Of a stretch of 64,000 nucleotides of DNA, positions 49,887 through 62,525 are shown one piece after another. A program made the position numbers and the translations under genes. How positions within the stretch are numbered: the first letter of the stretch is position 1; the number at the start of each line of letters is the position of its first letter. The DNA comes from Myxococcaceae bacterium (GTDB taxonomy: Bacteria; Myxococcota; Myxococcia; Myxococcales; UBA5297), in contig JAFVYB010000114.1 in NCBI GenBank assembly GCA_017500825.1, positions 5,420 to 69,419 on the forward strand, in the 5' to 3' direction. Below the pieces are notes generated by a model, which had not been told where the DNA came from, did no database searches, and saw nothing but the letters and a program-made list of their open reading frames with translations.

Positions 49887-50573
49887 CTATTTCCTCTTTG
49901 GCTTCAAGCCTTGAGCGGGACTTTTCACGCCCCTCTGCGCGCGCTTGCCGCCCACCTTGGCCGCGCCCTTTTCCCCGCGCGTAGCGCCGCTCGACTTGCC
50001 GACCTTTTTGTCGCCAGCCGCGCGCTTTGCCGTCGTCTTCCTGACGGTCGCCTTCTTTGACGGGGTCGCGTCTGTCGCCGTCTTTTTGGCTGTCGCCTTC
50101 CTGACCGCTGACTTGCGCGCGGGCGACGTGGCCTCCGCTCCTGTTCCCGCCACCTTGGACGATGTCCGCTTCACCGTCCGCCGCGCGCCCATGGCTTCCG
50201 CCGACACCTCGCCCTCGCTCTTGCGCGCCCGCTTGGACGCCACCACGCGCTCCGCGACCTGGCTCCCCTCCTGAACCGGACTCGATTCCACGCGCTTCAC
50301 CGCGACATCGCCCGTCGCAGGCTCGGCCTTCTCCTGCGTCGCGACCGCCTTTGTCTGCCCGGCGAACTCGACGCGACCGCCCGTGACAAAGCGCCCGCGC
50401 GGGGCATGGCGAACGCGTCCGGCGAGAACCTCCACCGGCACGACCGCGCGCTCAGGCTTCACCGGCGCCTCTTCCGTTGTCCTGGGGCGTCGCTCGGCCG
50501 CGCGAATGATGCGGACCAGCGCCTTGGAGGTCAGCGGAGACGACGTGCTTCTGGGCTTCTTCGAATCGGCCAC
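49887..50573 (-). CDS. Lys/Ala-rich histone H1-like / AlgP-like basic protein
   Basis: The C-terminal half has KKxA-type repeats (AVRKATAKKTATDATPSKKATVRKTTAKRAAGDKKVGKSSG...KRAQRGVKSPAQGLKPKRK). No enzymatic motif. Confidence 0.55.
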   Translation of the reverse strand: MADSKKPRSTSSPLTSKALVRIIRAAERRPRTTEEAPVKPERAVVPVEVLAGRVRHAPRGRFVTGGRVEFAGQTKAVATQEKAEPATGDVAVKRVESSPVQEGSQVAERVVASKRARKSEGEVSAEAMGARRTVKRTSSKVAGTGAEATSPARKSAVRKATAKKTATDATPSKKATVRKTTAKRAAGDKKVGKSSGATRGEKGAAKVGGKRAQRGVKSPAQGLKPKRK

Positions 50574-50726
50574 GGCAAAAATTCCTCAGGCTGGCGGCCG
50601 CCAATCGTCGGACACCATCGTCCCGTGACAGCTCGACCGGCCGCGAGGGCGCGCGCCTTTAGGAGAGTTAATCCGCGAAAGTCAACGCGATTTGCCGCCG
50701 CCTTTTTCCGAATGAAAAAGGCCTTT

Positions 50727-52061
50727 TCAGCCCCTGTTTTCGACCGCCGCGGACAGGCCATCGCCGAGCGCCTGAGGCGCCTCATCAAAATCAGTCGCCG
50801 CCGCGTAGTCGTCGTAGAGGCGGACCTCGGCAGGCCCTGTGATGACGCCACTCTCTCGGGCCAGCGCGCGTTTGAGCGCCACCAGGGCGACCTCGATCTG
50901 ATCGATCGACGGCTCGCGCGTGGTGATGCGCTGGATCCACAGTCCGGGCCGCACGAGCCAGAGGATGACTCGGGGACAACTCGACCTGGCCGACAGGCGC
51001 TGCAGCTCATAGGCGATGCCCGCCACTGGAAACATCAGCGGCAGCTTGATGGCGATCAGGCACAGCTGGTTGACGATCCCCCGCTCGGAAAACGTCGGCA
51101 GGAAGGGAAAGACCGCCGCGAACAGGACGATGCTCACCGCCAGCACGAGAATGATGAACGAAGTCCCGCAGCGCGGATGCAGGCGCGTGTGGCGAGCGGC
51201 GCTCTCAGGCGTCAACGGCTCGCCCGACTCGTAGGCCCAGATCGACTTGTGCTCGGCGCCGTGGAACTCGAAGACGCGCCGGATGTCGGGCATCAGCGAG
51301 ATGGCGGCCAGGTAGGCGACGAAGATGAGCGCCTTGAAGACGCCATCGATGAGGTGAAAGGCCACGCCGTTCGTCGGCAGATTGAGCCCGGTTCCCTCGC
51401 CCAAAAGCCAGGTGAGCAAGTGCGGCAGGCCGACAAAGAGCCCAAGGCCCAGCGCGATCGAGACGATCATGGTCAGGCCCATCATCCAGCGCTCCTGCGC
51501 GGTGGCCTGGCGGGGCGCGGCGCCGTCTTTAGTGGCGCGTTCAGTCGCAACGCGCGCCTCGGCCGCGGCTTTGCCCGTCCCCTCCCCTCCTGAGTCCGCG
51601 TCTTGGGCCGCGTCTGTCGTGTTCGCCGCTTCGCCCGCGCCCTCATTGGACTCAGCCCTGGCCGACTCGCCCTCTTCCTCGGGCATCGCCTGCTCGGCCG
51701 AGAAATTGAGCGCCGACATGCCGTTCCACAGGCTCTCGATGAGCACGATGCCGCCGCGCAAAAAGGGCCAGCGCAACGGCCTGACGCGGCCAAAGAGCGT
51801 CTCCCACGGCTGCTCGCGGACGACGATCCGACTGTCAGAACGGCGCACCGCGACCACGAAGCTTTTGGGCGAACGCATCATCACGCCTTCGATGACAGCC
51901 TGTCCGCCAACAGCGCAGCGCGCGCCCGTCTGGACCATGGCGCCCAGCCGCCTCACCCATCCCAGCCTGTCGTCAGTCATCGTCTCTCTCCTCGCCATGG
52001 CGCTCCCGCGCCAGCCGCTCTCAAACGCGGCGTTCAGCCACAAAAAAAGGCGCGCCCACAT
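50727..52061 (-). CDS. DUF1385-family membrane protein
   Basis: VGGQAVIEGVMMRSPKSF...RWPFLRGGIVLIESLWNGMSALNFSAEQA and FHGAEHKSIWAYESGEPLT...HPRCGTSFIILV are the DUF1385 hallmarks. An acidic insertion of about 70 aa follows the first block. The classical position next to rpmE is conserved. The start is uncertain. Confidence 0.85.
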   Translation of the reverse strand: MWARLFLWLNAAFESGWRGSAMARRETMTDDRLGWVRRLGAMVQTGARCAVGGQAVIEGVMMRSPKSFVVAVRRSDSRIVVREQPWETLFGRVRPLRWPFLRGGIVLIESLWNGMSALNFSAEQAMPEEEGESARAESNEGAGEAANTTDAAQDADSGGEGTGKAAAEARVATERATKDGAAPRQATAQERWMMGLTMIVSIALGLGLFVGLPHLLTWLLGEGTGLNLPTNGVAFHLIDGVFKALIFVAYLAAISLMPDIRRVFEFHGAEHKSIWAYESGEPLTPESAARHTRLHPRCGTSFIILVLAVSIVLFAAVFPFLPTFSERGIVNQLCLIAIKLPLMFPVAGIAYELQRLSARSSCPRVILWLVRPGLWIQRITTREPSIDQIEVALVALKRALARESGVITGPAEVRLYDDYAAATDFDEAPQALGDGLSAAVENRG

Positions 52062-52100
52062 CGAGCGCGCCCTGAATGTTTGACACTTCCGCGCGGAAGC

Positions 52101-52319
52101 TCACTTGGCCTTCGCGGCGAGCTGCTTCGCGTATTTCTTGCGGAACTTGTCGATGCGACCGGCGGTGTCCATCAGCTTCTGCTTGCCCGTGTAGAAGGGG
52201 TGGCAGGCCGAACAGACTTCGACCGTGAAGCTGCCCCGCGTCGAGCGGTTCTCGATGATGTTGCCGCAGCTGCACTCGATGGTGGCGGGACGGTAATTCG
52301 GGTGGATGTTGTTCTTCAT
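52101..52319 (-). CDS. rpmE: 50S ribosomal protein L31
   Basis: [63 protein letters not shown] (CxC...CxxC zinc type). Inner start of ORF 52101..52451. Confidence 0.95.
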   Translation of the reverse strand: MKNNIHPNYRPATIECSCGNIIENRSTRGSFTVEVCSACHPFYTGKQKLMDTAGRIDKFRKKYAKQLAAKAK

Positions 52320-52422
52320 TTGTATTGCCTCGCTTGCCTTACTCCCGGCGCCCCAGGCGCTCGGAAGGACCGGCCAAAAAGGGGCGCGCCCTATAGAGAT
52401 CGGCCTGACCGCTGTCAAGTAA

Positions 52423-55636
<3,214 letters not shown>

Positions 55637-55646
55637 AATCAATTCT

Positions 55647-55945
55647 CCAGGCGACGCCCAAACTATTCATTCAACAATTAAACTCGTCTTTATATTAAAT
55701 ACTCGACCTCAACGCCGCGATTTCCTATGCAAAACATTCAACCCCGCCCCAAATCCCCAGAATGTCATTTTAATTTTATTTCTATAATCCTTCACCACCA
55801 TTCCTCATATCAAATCCTTCTTAAAACAAACGCGCGGCATTCACCTGGATATCCTCTCCATTCAATCATCCGATCCGCTCGCCATTCACCGCGCCCGCCC
55901 CACGCGCCTTTGCCCGCCCCCAGGCGACGCCCAAAAACTCTTTCC
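55647..55945. repeat. Exact 16-nt direct repeat (ccaggcgacgcccaaa) bracketing an AT-rich non-coding segment of 267 bp
   Basis: Copy 1 at 55647-55662 (11 nt after the ttcA stop) and copy 2 at 55930-55945. The intervening sequence is far more AT-rich than the flanks and carries five same-strand CATTCA[AC][CT] motifs. Confidence 0.75.
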
Positions 55946-56216
55946 CCTTTTGGGAGCCGTTTCGGCTAAGAGGCCGCGCCGCTCGGCGCCCCCCTGTCCA
56001 TCATCGAGGCGCCCTGGGCACGCCGCCCTCCTGTCAGGGCACGCGCCACAGCGCGCTCGACGCTTTGGGCGCGCGGGATGAGCACTTCGGGCCTGTTCGC
56101 GCGGGGGAATTCCTGCCGCCGCTTTTGTCCATGCCTGGCGCCCTTCCCTCCCCTTGTCAGTCTTTCCCTGGGGTCGGCCTTCGGGCCCGCCCACCTCTGC
56201 AGAAACGAGTCCCTCC

Positions 56217-59153
56217 ATGGCCGATACCGAGATGCCGCCTCCTTCCGACGACGCCGCCTCCGACGCGAAGCGCGCCGACGGTGCCCCTGCCACTGGCCTG
56301 CCAGTCAACGACACGCCCGATGGTCCTGGCGCCCCACCGCCCAGCGCCGGCTCTGACGCGCCGCCGCCGCGATCCATCATCCCGATCGCCATCGAAGACG
56401 AGATGCGGCGCTCCTACCTCGACTACTCGATGAGCGTGATCGTCGGCCGCGCCCTGCCCGACGTGCGCGATGGCCTCAAGCCGGTCCACAGGCGCGTCCT
56501 CTTCACGATGGACGAGCTGGGCAACCACTACAACAAGCCCTTCAAGAAGTCGGCGCGCACCGTCGGCGATGTCATGGGCAAGTATCACCCGCACGGCGAC
56601 CAGGCCATCTACGACACCCTGGTGCGCATGGCTCAGGACTTCTCGCTGCGCTACCTGCTCATCGATGGCCAGGGCAACTTCGGCTCGGTCGACGGCGATC
56701 CCCCGGCGGCGATGCGTTACACCGAGGCGCGCCTGACCCGCCTGTCCGAAGAGCTCCTCGCAGACCTCGACAAGGACACCGTCGATCTCGGGCCCAACTA
56801 CGACGAGTCGCTGACCGAGCCGATGGTCCTGCCGGCGCGCTTTCCCAACCTGCTCGTCAACGGCTCCGAGGGCATCGCCGTCGGCATGGCCACCAAAATC
56901 CCGCCGCACAACCTGGGCGAGGCCATCGACGCCACGATCCACCTCGTCGATCACCCGGAGGCCACGGTCGCCGACCTGATGCAGTTCATCCCCGGCCCCG
57001 ACTTCCCCACGGCGGGCTTCATCCACGGGCGGCGCGGCATCTACGACGCCTACACCACCGGTCGCGGCCACCTGAAAGTCCGCGCGCGCGTCGACATCGA
57101 GGTCGATCCCAAGACCGATCGCGAGACCATCGTTGTCACCGAGCTGCCCTATCAGGTGAACAAGGCGCGCCTCATCGAGAGCATCGCCCAGTTGCACAAG
57201 GACAAGGTCGTCGAGGGCATCACCGGACTGCGCGACGAATCCGACCGCCGCGGCATGCGCATCGCCATCGAGGTCTCGCGCAACGCCATGGCCCAGGTGG
57301 TGCTCAACAACCTCTTCGCCCACACCGACCTGCAGACGACCTACGGCGTGATCATGCTGGCGATCGACAACGGCCAGCCGCGCGTCCTCAACCTCAAGGA
57401 ACTGCTCGCGCGCTTCATCAGCCACCGCCGCGACGTGGTCACGCGCCGCACCCGCTTCGAGCTGAGAAAAGCCGAGGCCAGGCGCCACATCGTCGAGGGC
57501 CTGCTCGTCGCCCAGGACTTCATCGATCACGTCATCTCGCTCATCCGCGCCTCCAAAGATCCGGAAGAGGCCAGCTGGGGGCTGACGCGCATCTTCACCG
57601 ACGAGATCTACGAGCGCGATTCCTTCAAACACCTGCCGCGCGTCTCCCTCGACATGGCGCGCGAACGCATGGCCGCCCTCACCGCACGGCTCAACAGCGA
57701 CGAGCCCAAATGCGGCGCCCTCACCCACGCCTACAGCGACCGCGGCTTCTCCCCGGAACAGGCCAAAGCCATCCTTGAGATGCGCCTGCAGCGCCTGACC
57801 GGGCTGGAGCGCGAGGCCCTCATCGGCGAGCTCGTCGACCTCGTGCGCGCCATCGCCTGGTATCGCGAGATTCTCGACAACGAGAAGACGCTGCTCGGCG
57901 TGATCAAGGACGAACTGAGCGAAATCCGCGAAAAATACGCCGACGAGCGCCGCACCCAGATCGTCGACGAGGCGGGCGATCTCTCCATCGAGGACCTCAT
58001 CGCCGAAGAGGACATGGTCGTGACGCTCTCGCACGACGGCTACGTCAAGCGGAACCCGGTCAGCGACTACCGGGCGCAGCGCCGTGGCGGACGCGGCAAG
58101 ACAGGCGCCTCCACCAAGGAAGACGATTTCGTCGAGCAGGTCTTCGTCGCCTCGACCCACGCGCACCTGCTCATCTTCTCCACCAAGGGCCGCCTCTACT
58201 GGCTCAAAGTCCACGAAATCCCGGCCGCCGGTCGCACCTCGCGCGGCAAGGCCATCGTCAACATGGTGAAGTTCGACGAGGACGAAAAACTGGCCGCCGT
58301 CCTGCCCGTCAGCGCCTTCGAAGCCGATCGCTGCGTGGCCTTTGTGACCAAAAACGGCGTGGTCAAGCGCACCGCCCTCTCCCAGTTCTCGCGTCCCCGC
58401 GCCTCCGGCATCAACGCGCTCGGCATCGAGGACGGCGACGCGCTCAAGGCCGCCCTGCTCACCGACGGCACCAAAGATCCGTTGCTCTCGACGCGAACGG
58501 GCATGGCCATCCGCTTCCAGGAGACGGACGTGCGCGTCATGGGCCGCCAGGCCTTTGGCGTCAAAGGCATCGAGCTCGAAGCGGGCGACGCGGTCGTCGG
58601 CGCCGAGGTGGTCGAAGTCGGCCAGACCATCCTCACCATCACCGAGCGCGGCTTTGGCAAGCGCACCGACGAAGGGCTCTACCGGGCGCAGCACCGCGGC
58701 GGCAAAGGCCTCATCGACATCAAGACGACCGAGCGCAACGGCCAGGTCGCCGGCGTGCTCCAGGTCAAAGACACCGACGAGATCGTCATCATCACCAACC
58801 GCGGCATGCTCATCCGCACCCGCGTCAACGAGATCTCGACCATTGGCCGCAACACCCAGGGCGTCCGCCTGATCTCGCTGGGCGAGGGCGAAAAGGTCTC
58901 AGGCGTCGCCAAGCTGCCCGAGGATCAAACCGAAACCGACACGCCAACGCCCCTGGAGGCGACCAGCGCGGATGCATCCAGTGGTAATGCGAATGAATCA
59001 AGCGGCAATGCGCATGCATCCAGCGCCGACGCGGCCGAAACAAATTCAGACGCCAATGAAACAAATGCCGACGCAATCGAAACAGACGCCATGGCGAATG
59101 AAACCGCCACTGACGACGCCACCCCACCCCCCGACAATGAATCAACAGACTGA
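56217..59153 (+). CDS. gyrA: DNA gyrase subunit A
   Basis: [38 protein letters not shown], the active-site region ([10 protein letters not shown]), and C-terminal beta-pinwheel repeats. Start at ATG 56217 (MADTEM). Pro/Ala-rich N-terminal extension of about 60 aa and an acidic tail of about 75 aa. Confidence 0.95.
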   Translation: MADTEMPPPSDDAASDAKRADGAPATGLPVNDTPDGPGAPPPSAGSDAPPPRSIIPIAIEDEMRRSYLDYSMSVIVGRALPDVRDGLKPVHRRVLFTMDELGNHYNKPFKKSARTVGDVMGKYHPHGDQAIYDTLVRMAQDFSLRYLLIDGQGNFGSVDGDPPAAMRYTEARLTRLSEELLADLDKDTVDLGPNYDESLTEPMVLPARFPNLLVNGSEGIAVGMATKIPPHNLGEAIDATIHLVDHPEATVADLMQFIPGPDFPTAGFIHGRRGIYDAYTTGRGHLKVRARVDIEVDPKTDRETIVVTELPYQVNKARLIESIAQLHKDKVVEGITGLRDESDRRGMRIAIEVSRNAMAQVVLNNLFAHTDLQTTYGVIMLAIDNGQPRVLNLKELLARFISHRRDVVTRRTRFELRKAEARRHIVEGLLVAQDFIDHVISLIRASKDPEEASWGLTRIFTDEIYERDSFKHLPRVSLDMARERMAALTARLNSDEPKCGALTHAYSDRGFSPEQAKAILEMRLQRLTGLEREALIGELVDLVRAIAWYREILDNEKTLLGVIKDELSEIREKYADERRTQIVDEAGDLSIEDLIAEEDMVVTLSHDGYVKRNPVSDYRAQRRGGRGKTGASTKEDDFVEQVFVASTHAHLLIFSTKGRLYWLKVHEIPAAGRTSRGKAIVNMVKFDEDEKLAAVLPVSAFEADRCVAFVTKNGVVKRTALSQFSRPRASGINALGIEDGDALKAALLTDGTKDPLLSTRTGMAIRFQETDVRVMGRQAFGVKGIELEAGDAVVGAEVVEVGQTILTITERGFGKRTDEGLYRAQHRGGKGLIDIKTTERNGQVAGVLQVKDTDEIVIITNRGMLIRTRVNEISTIGRNTQGVRLISLGEGEKVSGVAKLPEDQTETDTPTPLEATSADASSGNANESSGNAHASSADAAETNSDANETNADAIETDAMANETATDDATPPPDNESTD

Positions 59154-59209
59154 GCAAGGAACGTTGGGAAATCAGACGGCATTCAACAATTTAAAGAAGG
59201 ACAATAAAA

Positions 59210-59936
59210 ATGTTCTACGAAAATATTTTAAACAAAAAACGAGGGGGGGGGTATCCTCAAGGTTATTCACGGCTATCCCCCAGAATATAACGCGGGTTCG
59301 GAAAATTATTCCAAAACGGTTTGCGACGAATTATCCAAGACAAACCGCGTCTCGGTCTTTACTCGCGAAGAAAATTTCTACGCCCCTGATTTTTCAATTC
59401 GGATTCGTCAGGACAATCCAAATCTGACGATTTATTATATCAATCATCCGCAGGGCAAGGACGGTTACCGCCACGCGCGGTTGGACGCGGTTTTTGCCGG
59501 GCTCGTGGATGAAATTCGCCCCGATGTCGCCTACATCGGGCACCTGAACCACCTCTCCACTGGCATTGTCGATGTATTGAGCGACAGAAAAATTCCCATT
59601 GTCTTTATGCTTCACGACTATTGGCTCATGTGTCCCCGGGGGCAATTCCTCATGCGGAGCATTGGGCGTGGGAATAATTTCATGCTCTGCCCGGGACAGA
59701 GTGATGAAAAATGCGCCCGTGACTGCTACGAGGTTTATTTTTCTGGCCGCGAAGACACAAGAACAGCGGATATGGCCACTTGGACGAATTGGATTCATCG
59801 CCGCATGGAGGAAACGCGAACAATGATTCAGAAGGTCAATCTGTTTATCGCTCCGTCCAATTATCTCCGGAAACGCTTTGTTCTGGATTTCAGGCGTTTT
59901 CCCGGGATAACGTCGAGTGATATATTGAACAAGTAA
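59210..59936 (+). pseudogene. Decayed GT4-family glycosyltransferase: N-terminal (GT4 N-domain) half only, frameshifted at a G9 tract
   Basis: ATG 59210 gives MFYENILNKKRGGG, then runs out of frame. The +1 frame from 59253 reads ILKVIHGYPPEYNAGSENYSKTVCDELSKTNRVSVFTREE...DVAYIGHLNHLS...IPIVFMLHDYWLMCPRGQF...LFIAPSNYLRKRF, which is typical of the N-terminal half of GT4 enzymes. It stops at 59934-59936 before any C-terminal Glycos_transf_1 domain. Confidence 0.7.
59243..59251 (+). repeat. G9 homopolymer at the frameshift point of the GT4 remnant
   Basis: ...aaaaaacga GGGGGGGGG tatcctcaagg... With G8 the ATG at 59210 would be in frame with the conserved ILKVIHGYPP block. Confidence 0.9.
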
Positions 59937-60008
59937 ACAATACAAAGCGCTACTCGCGGCTTACAAAGACGCGCGAGATCTGCAGTGCAGCAAAATGAGG
60001 AGTTGTGA

Positions 60009-62525
60009 ATGGATAAAAAACAAAAAATAGGCGTCATCATTGCGACGTCGATGGCAAGAAATGAAAGCCTTTTTTCATTATCATTAAATTCCGTTTTGAA
60101 CCAAACTGTAATGCCGGATTGCATCGTTATAGTTGACGACAACAATAATAGATCTACATCCGCAGAAATTGAAACCAGGATTAAACAAAATAATTTTAAA
60201 ATTTTACACTACACAAGAAACAAAAACACTAAGAATATGTCTGGAACCGGGGCATGGAATACAGGTATTGAATTTCTAAAGGATAAAATTGGCGAGGACG
60301 GTTATGCCGCATTTTTAGACGATGATGACAGTTGGGACCTGAATTACATTGAAAGCATTCGTCAACAAATACATGAAAATCCAAACACGGAAGCAGTATT
60401 TGCATTTTTGAAACGCTCAGATTGTCAGAATGTTTCAGAATTCAAGCTAACCGATCTGACGATTGAAAATTTTTTGATTGGAAATCCGGGCATTCAAGGC
60501 AGCAATATGTGTTTTAAGATTGGAAATCTGTTGAAAATAAATGGATTTGACGAACATCTCTCCAGCTGTTCCGACAGAGACTTAATGATAAGATTTTTAG
60601 AGGCTTTCGGAAATAAGGGCATCTTCATCATAGAAAAAAAATGTGTAAATCATTTTACGGGAAACGGAACAGTGACGTCTAATTTTGAAAAGAAGAAAAA
60701 TGGATTGGACTATTTTTTCAAAAAACACATCAAATCGTTTAATCTTCAAACACTTCAAAAATCACTGAGCCGCGCAAAAAAACTTTTCAACTATCCTCAT
60801 GATAAAAAGATTAACTCTCTCTTCAGAAAACAAACAACAGTTTTAATTACCGGCGTCTGCGGCTTTGTCGGTTCGCATGTCGCACGGGAGTTATCTAAAT
60901 GCGGATATTTTGTAATCGGAATTGACAATTTAGCGACGGGCTCCTTGGTGAATATTGAGGATTTTTCTCAAAACGATAATTTTCAATTTATCAATTTATC
61001 TATAAACAACGAGGGCGAGTTGAGAAGATTGTTCGAAGTCCATCCCATTGATTACGTGTTTCATCTTGCAGCCCTGCCTAGAATAAAATACTCTTTTGAT
61101 TATCCGAATGAATCTTACAATGCAAACGTTATTGGAACTAAAATCGTCGGAAAGATTGCCGCAGACTCTAATGTGAAATTATTTGTTTTTGCTTCATCTT
61201 CATCGGTTTACGGCGAGTGTGAAAATGTTAAAATGAGAGAAAGTGACGTTCTCCATCCGATGTCGCCATACGCAGAACAAAAGGCGAAAGCTGAAGAACT
61301 TCTGCAGGAAATTTTTAAGGCGTCCAACAGCTGTCTATTAATCCTTAGATTTTTTAATGTTTATGGGTTTTCATTTCAGCCGGTCGACCAATACTCGACA
61401 CTGATCGGAAAATGGGTTTCAGATATTAAAAATGGAAATTTAATAACGATCAATGGAACAGGAAATCAGTCGAGGGACTTCACATATATCGATGACGTCG
61501 TGACCGCCGCGCTCAATTGCCTAGAGGTTTATGATGCAAAAAAACAAATCAATATTATAAACATTGGAACAGGGATATCAACCAGAATAAATACAGTGGC
61601 TTCTTTTTTTGAGCAGATATTTGAGCAGAAAATTAAAAAGATAATTAAATCTCTGAATTATCAGGAGCCGCTATTTACCTGCGCCGACAATTCAAAGGCG
61701 AAGGAGCTTTTGAATTGGGCGCCTCAAGTGCCGTTAGAGGCTGGTTTAAGACTATATGTAAAAACTATAATCACTAAAGAACAACCCATTGCAATCGGCG
61801 TGGCGATGCACAACAACAGAAAAACAATTCGCAGATGTCTTGATTCTATCTTGCGCCAAAAAAAAGTAAACCGCCGTCTTAAAATCATTCTTGGAAACGA
61901 CAATTCATCTGATGACTGGCAAAAAGAAATCTCCGACTTCTTGTCAGACAAAAGGATCGATATTTTACCATTAAATAATAACAATATAGTTCAAACACGA
62001 AATGCGATAAATGAATTTATCGCACAAAAATATCCAGGTGCCGCTCTGATTGGACGTCTGGATGCTGATGATGAATATGCCGATGATTATGTATTGTCGA
62101 AAATTGAAGAGATCTTGGAATTACACGATCCAGACGTGATATTGGCAGGAAATTATTTGCGTCAGGACGGGGCGTTGCTTGAACGGAAAAATTTGGCATA
62201 TAAGCAATTTTCTGATCAAAATTATATTTTATTTCGATTGAAGCAGATGGCCAACAGTATTCCTGAAGGAGAGCTGCCGTCATGCAATTTGTTTGTGAAA
62301 CCCAATGTACTTCGACCCTATCCGGATGTAAAAAGCGGAGAAGATCATGAACTGGTGGCACATTATCTTATGAATCAGAGGAAATATCATATTTTTTTCG
62401 CGGAAGATATTTTGCTGACGATTTATGAGTTGGGAGGAAGCGTTACAGCTAAAAATAAACAGTCGGAGAATTACATCAGCTGCCGAAGAGAATTATATCA
62501 AAAAGCCTTGGAGGATTTGCTATGA
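60009..62525 (+). CDS. Tri-domain fusion: GT2 glycosyltransferase, NAD-dependent sugar epimerase/dehydratase (extended SDR), second GT2 glycosyltransferase
   Basis: 838 aa. The first GT2 spans aa 6-225 (IGVIIATSMARNESLFSLSLNSVLNQT, IVIVDDNNN, FLDDDDSWD). The SDR spans aa 277-587 (VLITGVCGFVGSHVA Rossmann GxxGxxG, ASSSSVYG, SPYAEQK YxxxK). The second GT2 spans aa 592-810 (IAIGVAMHNNRKTIRRCLDSILRQ, ILGNDNSSDD, RLDADDEY). GAGGAG Shine-Dalgarno 8 nt upstream. About 33% GC. Confidence 0.85.
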   Translation: MDKKQKIGVIIATSMARNESLFSLSLNSVLNQTVMPDCIVIVDDNNNRSTSAEIETRIKQNNFKILHYTRNKNTKNMSGTGAWNTGIEFLKDKIGEDGYAAFLDDDDSWDLNYIESIRQQIHENPNTEAVFAFLKRSDCQNVSEFKLTDLTIENFLIGNPGIQGSNMCFKIGNLLKINGFDEHLSSCSDRDLMIRFLEAFGNKGIFIIEKKCVNHFTGNGTVTSNFEKKKNGLDYFFKKHIKSFNLQTLQKSLSRAKKLFNYPHDKKINSLFRKQTTVLITGVCGFVGSHVARELSKCGYFVIGIDNLATGSLVNIEDFSQNDNFQFINLSINNEGELRRLFEVHPIDYVFHLAALPRIKYSFDYPNESYNANVIGTKIVGKIAADSNVKLFVFASSSSVYGECENVKMRESDVLHPMSPYAEQKAKAEELLQEIFKASNSCLLILRFFNVYGFSFQPVDQYSTLIGKWVSDIKNGNLITINGTGNQSRDFTYIDDVVTAALNCLEVYDAKKQINIINIGTGISTRINTVASFFEQIFEQKIKKIIKSLNYQEPLFTCADNSKAKELLNWAPQVPLEAGLRLYVKTIITKEQPIAIGVAMHNNRKTIRRCLDSILRQKKVNRRLKIILGNDNSSDDWQKEISDFLSDKRIDILPLNNNNIVQTRNAINEFIAQKYPGAALIGRLDADDEYADDYVLSKIEEILELHDPDVILAGNYLRQDGALLERKNLAYKQFSDQNYILFRLKQMANSIPEGELPSCNLFVKPNVLRPYPDVKSGEDHELVAHYLMNQRKYHIFFAEDILLTIYELGGSVTAKNKQSENYISCRRELYQKALEDLL

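Noticed and set aside
55727-55969. 80-aa ORF inside the AT-rich ttcA-gyrA spacer
   Set aside because: It has no Shine-Dalgarno sequence, a His/Pro/Ser-rich nonsense-like translation, and it crosses the second 16-nt repeat. I treated the segment as non-coding.
55640-56216. Possible replication origin, suggested by an AT-rich spacer next to gyrA
   Set aside because: I found no DnaA-box-like TTATCCACA or TGTGGATAA words, and dnaA, dnaN and gyrB are not nearby. The repeated word is CATTCA[AC][CT], not a DnaA box.
56157-58694. 845-aa minus-strand ORF opposite gyrA
   Set aside because: gyrA is certain on the plus strand, so this is a shadow ORF.
59154-59260. Search for a tRNA, integrase or att-type repeat marking the left edge of the low-GC island
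   Set aside because: None is visible. The only shared word is CATTCAAC (59180), which is too short to call an att site. The insertion mechanism therefore remains unknown.
59394-59945. 183-aa minus-strand ORF in the GT4 remnant region
   Set aside because: The plus-strand frame carries the conserved GT4 N-domain blocks (HGYPP, HLNHLS, LHDYWLMCPRGQF). The minus-strand translation has no recognisable pattern.
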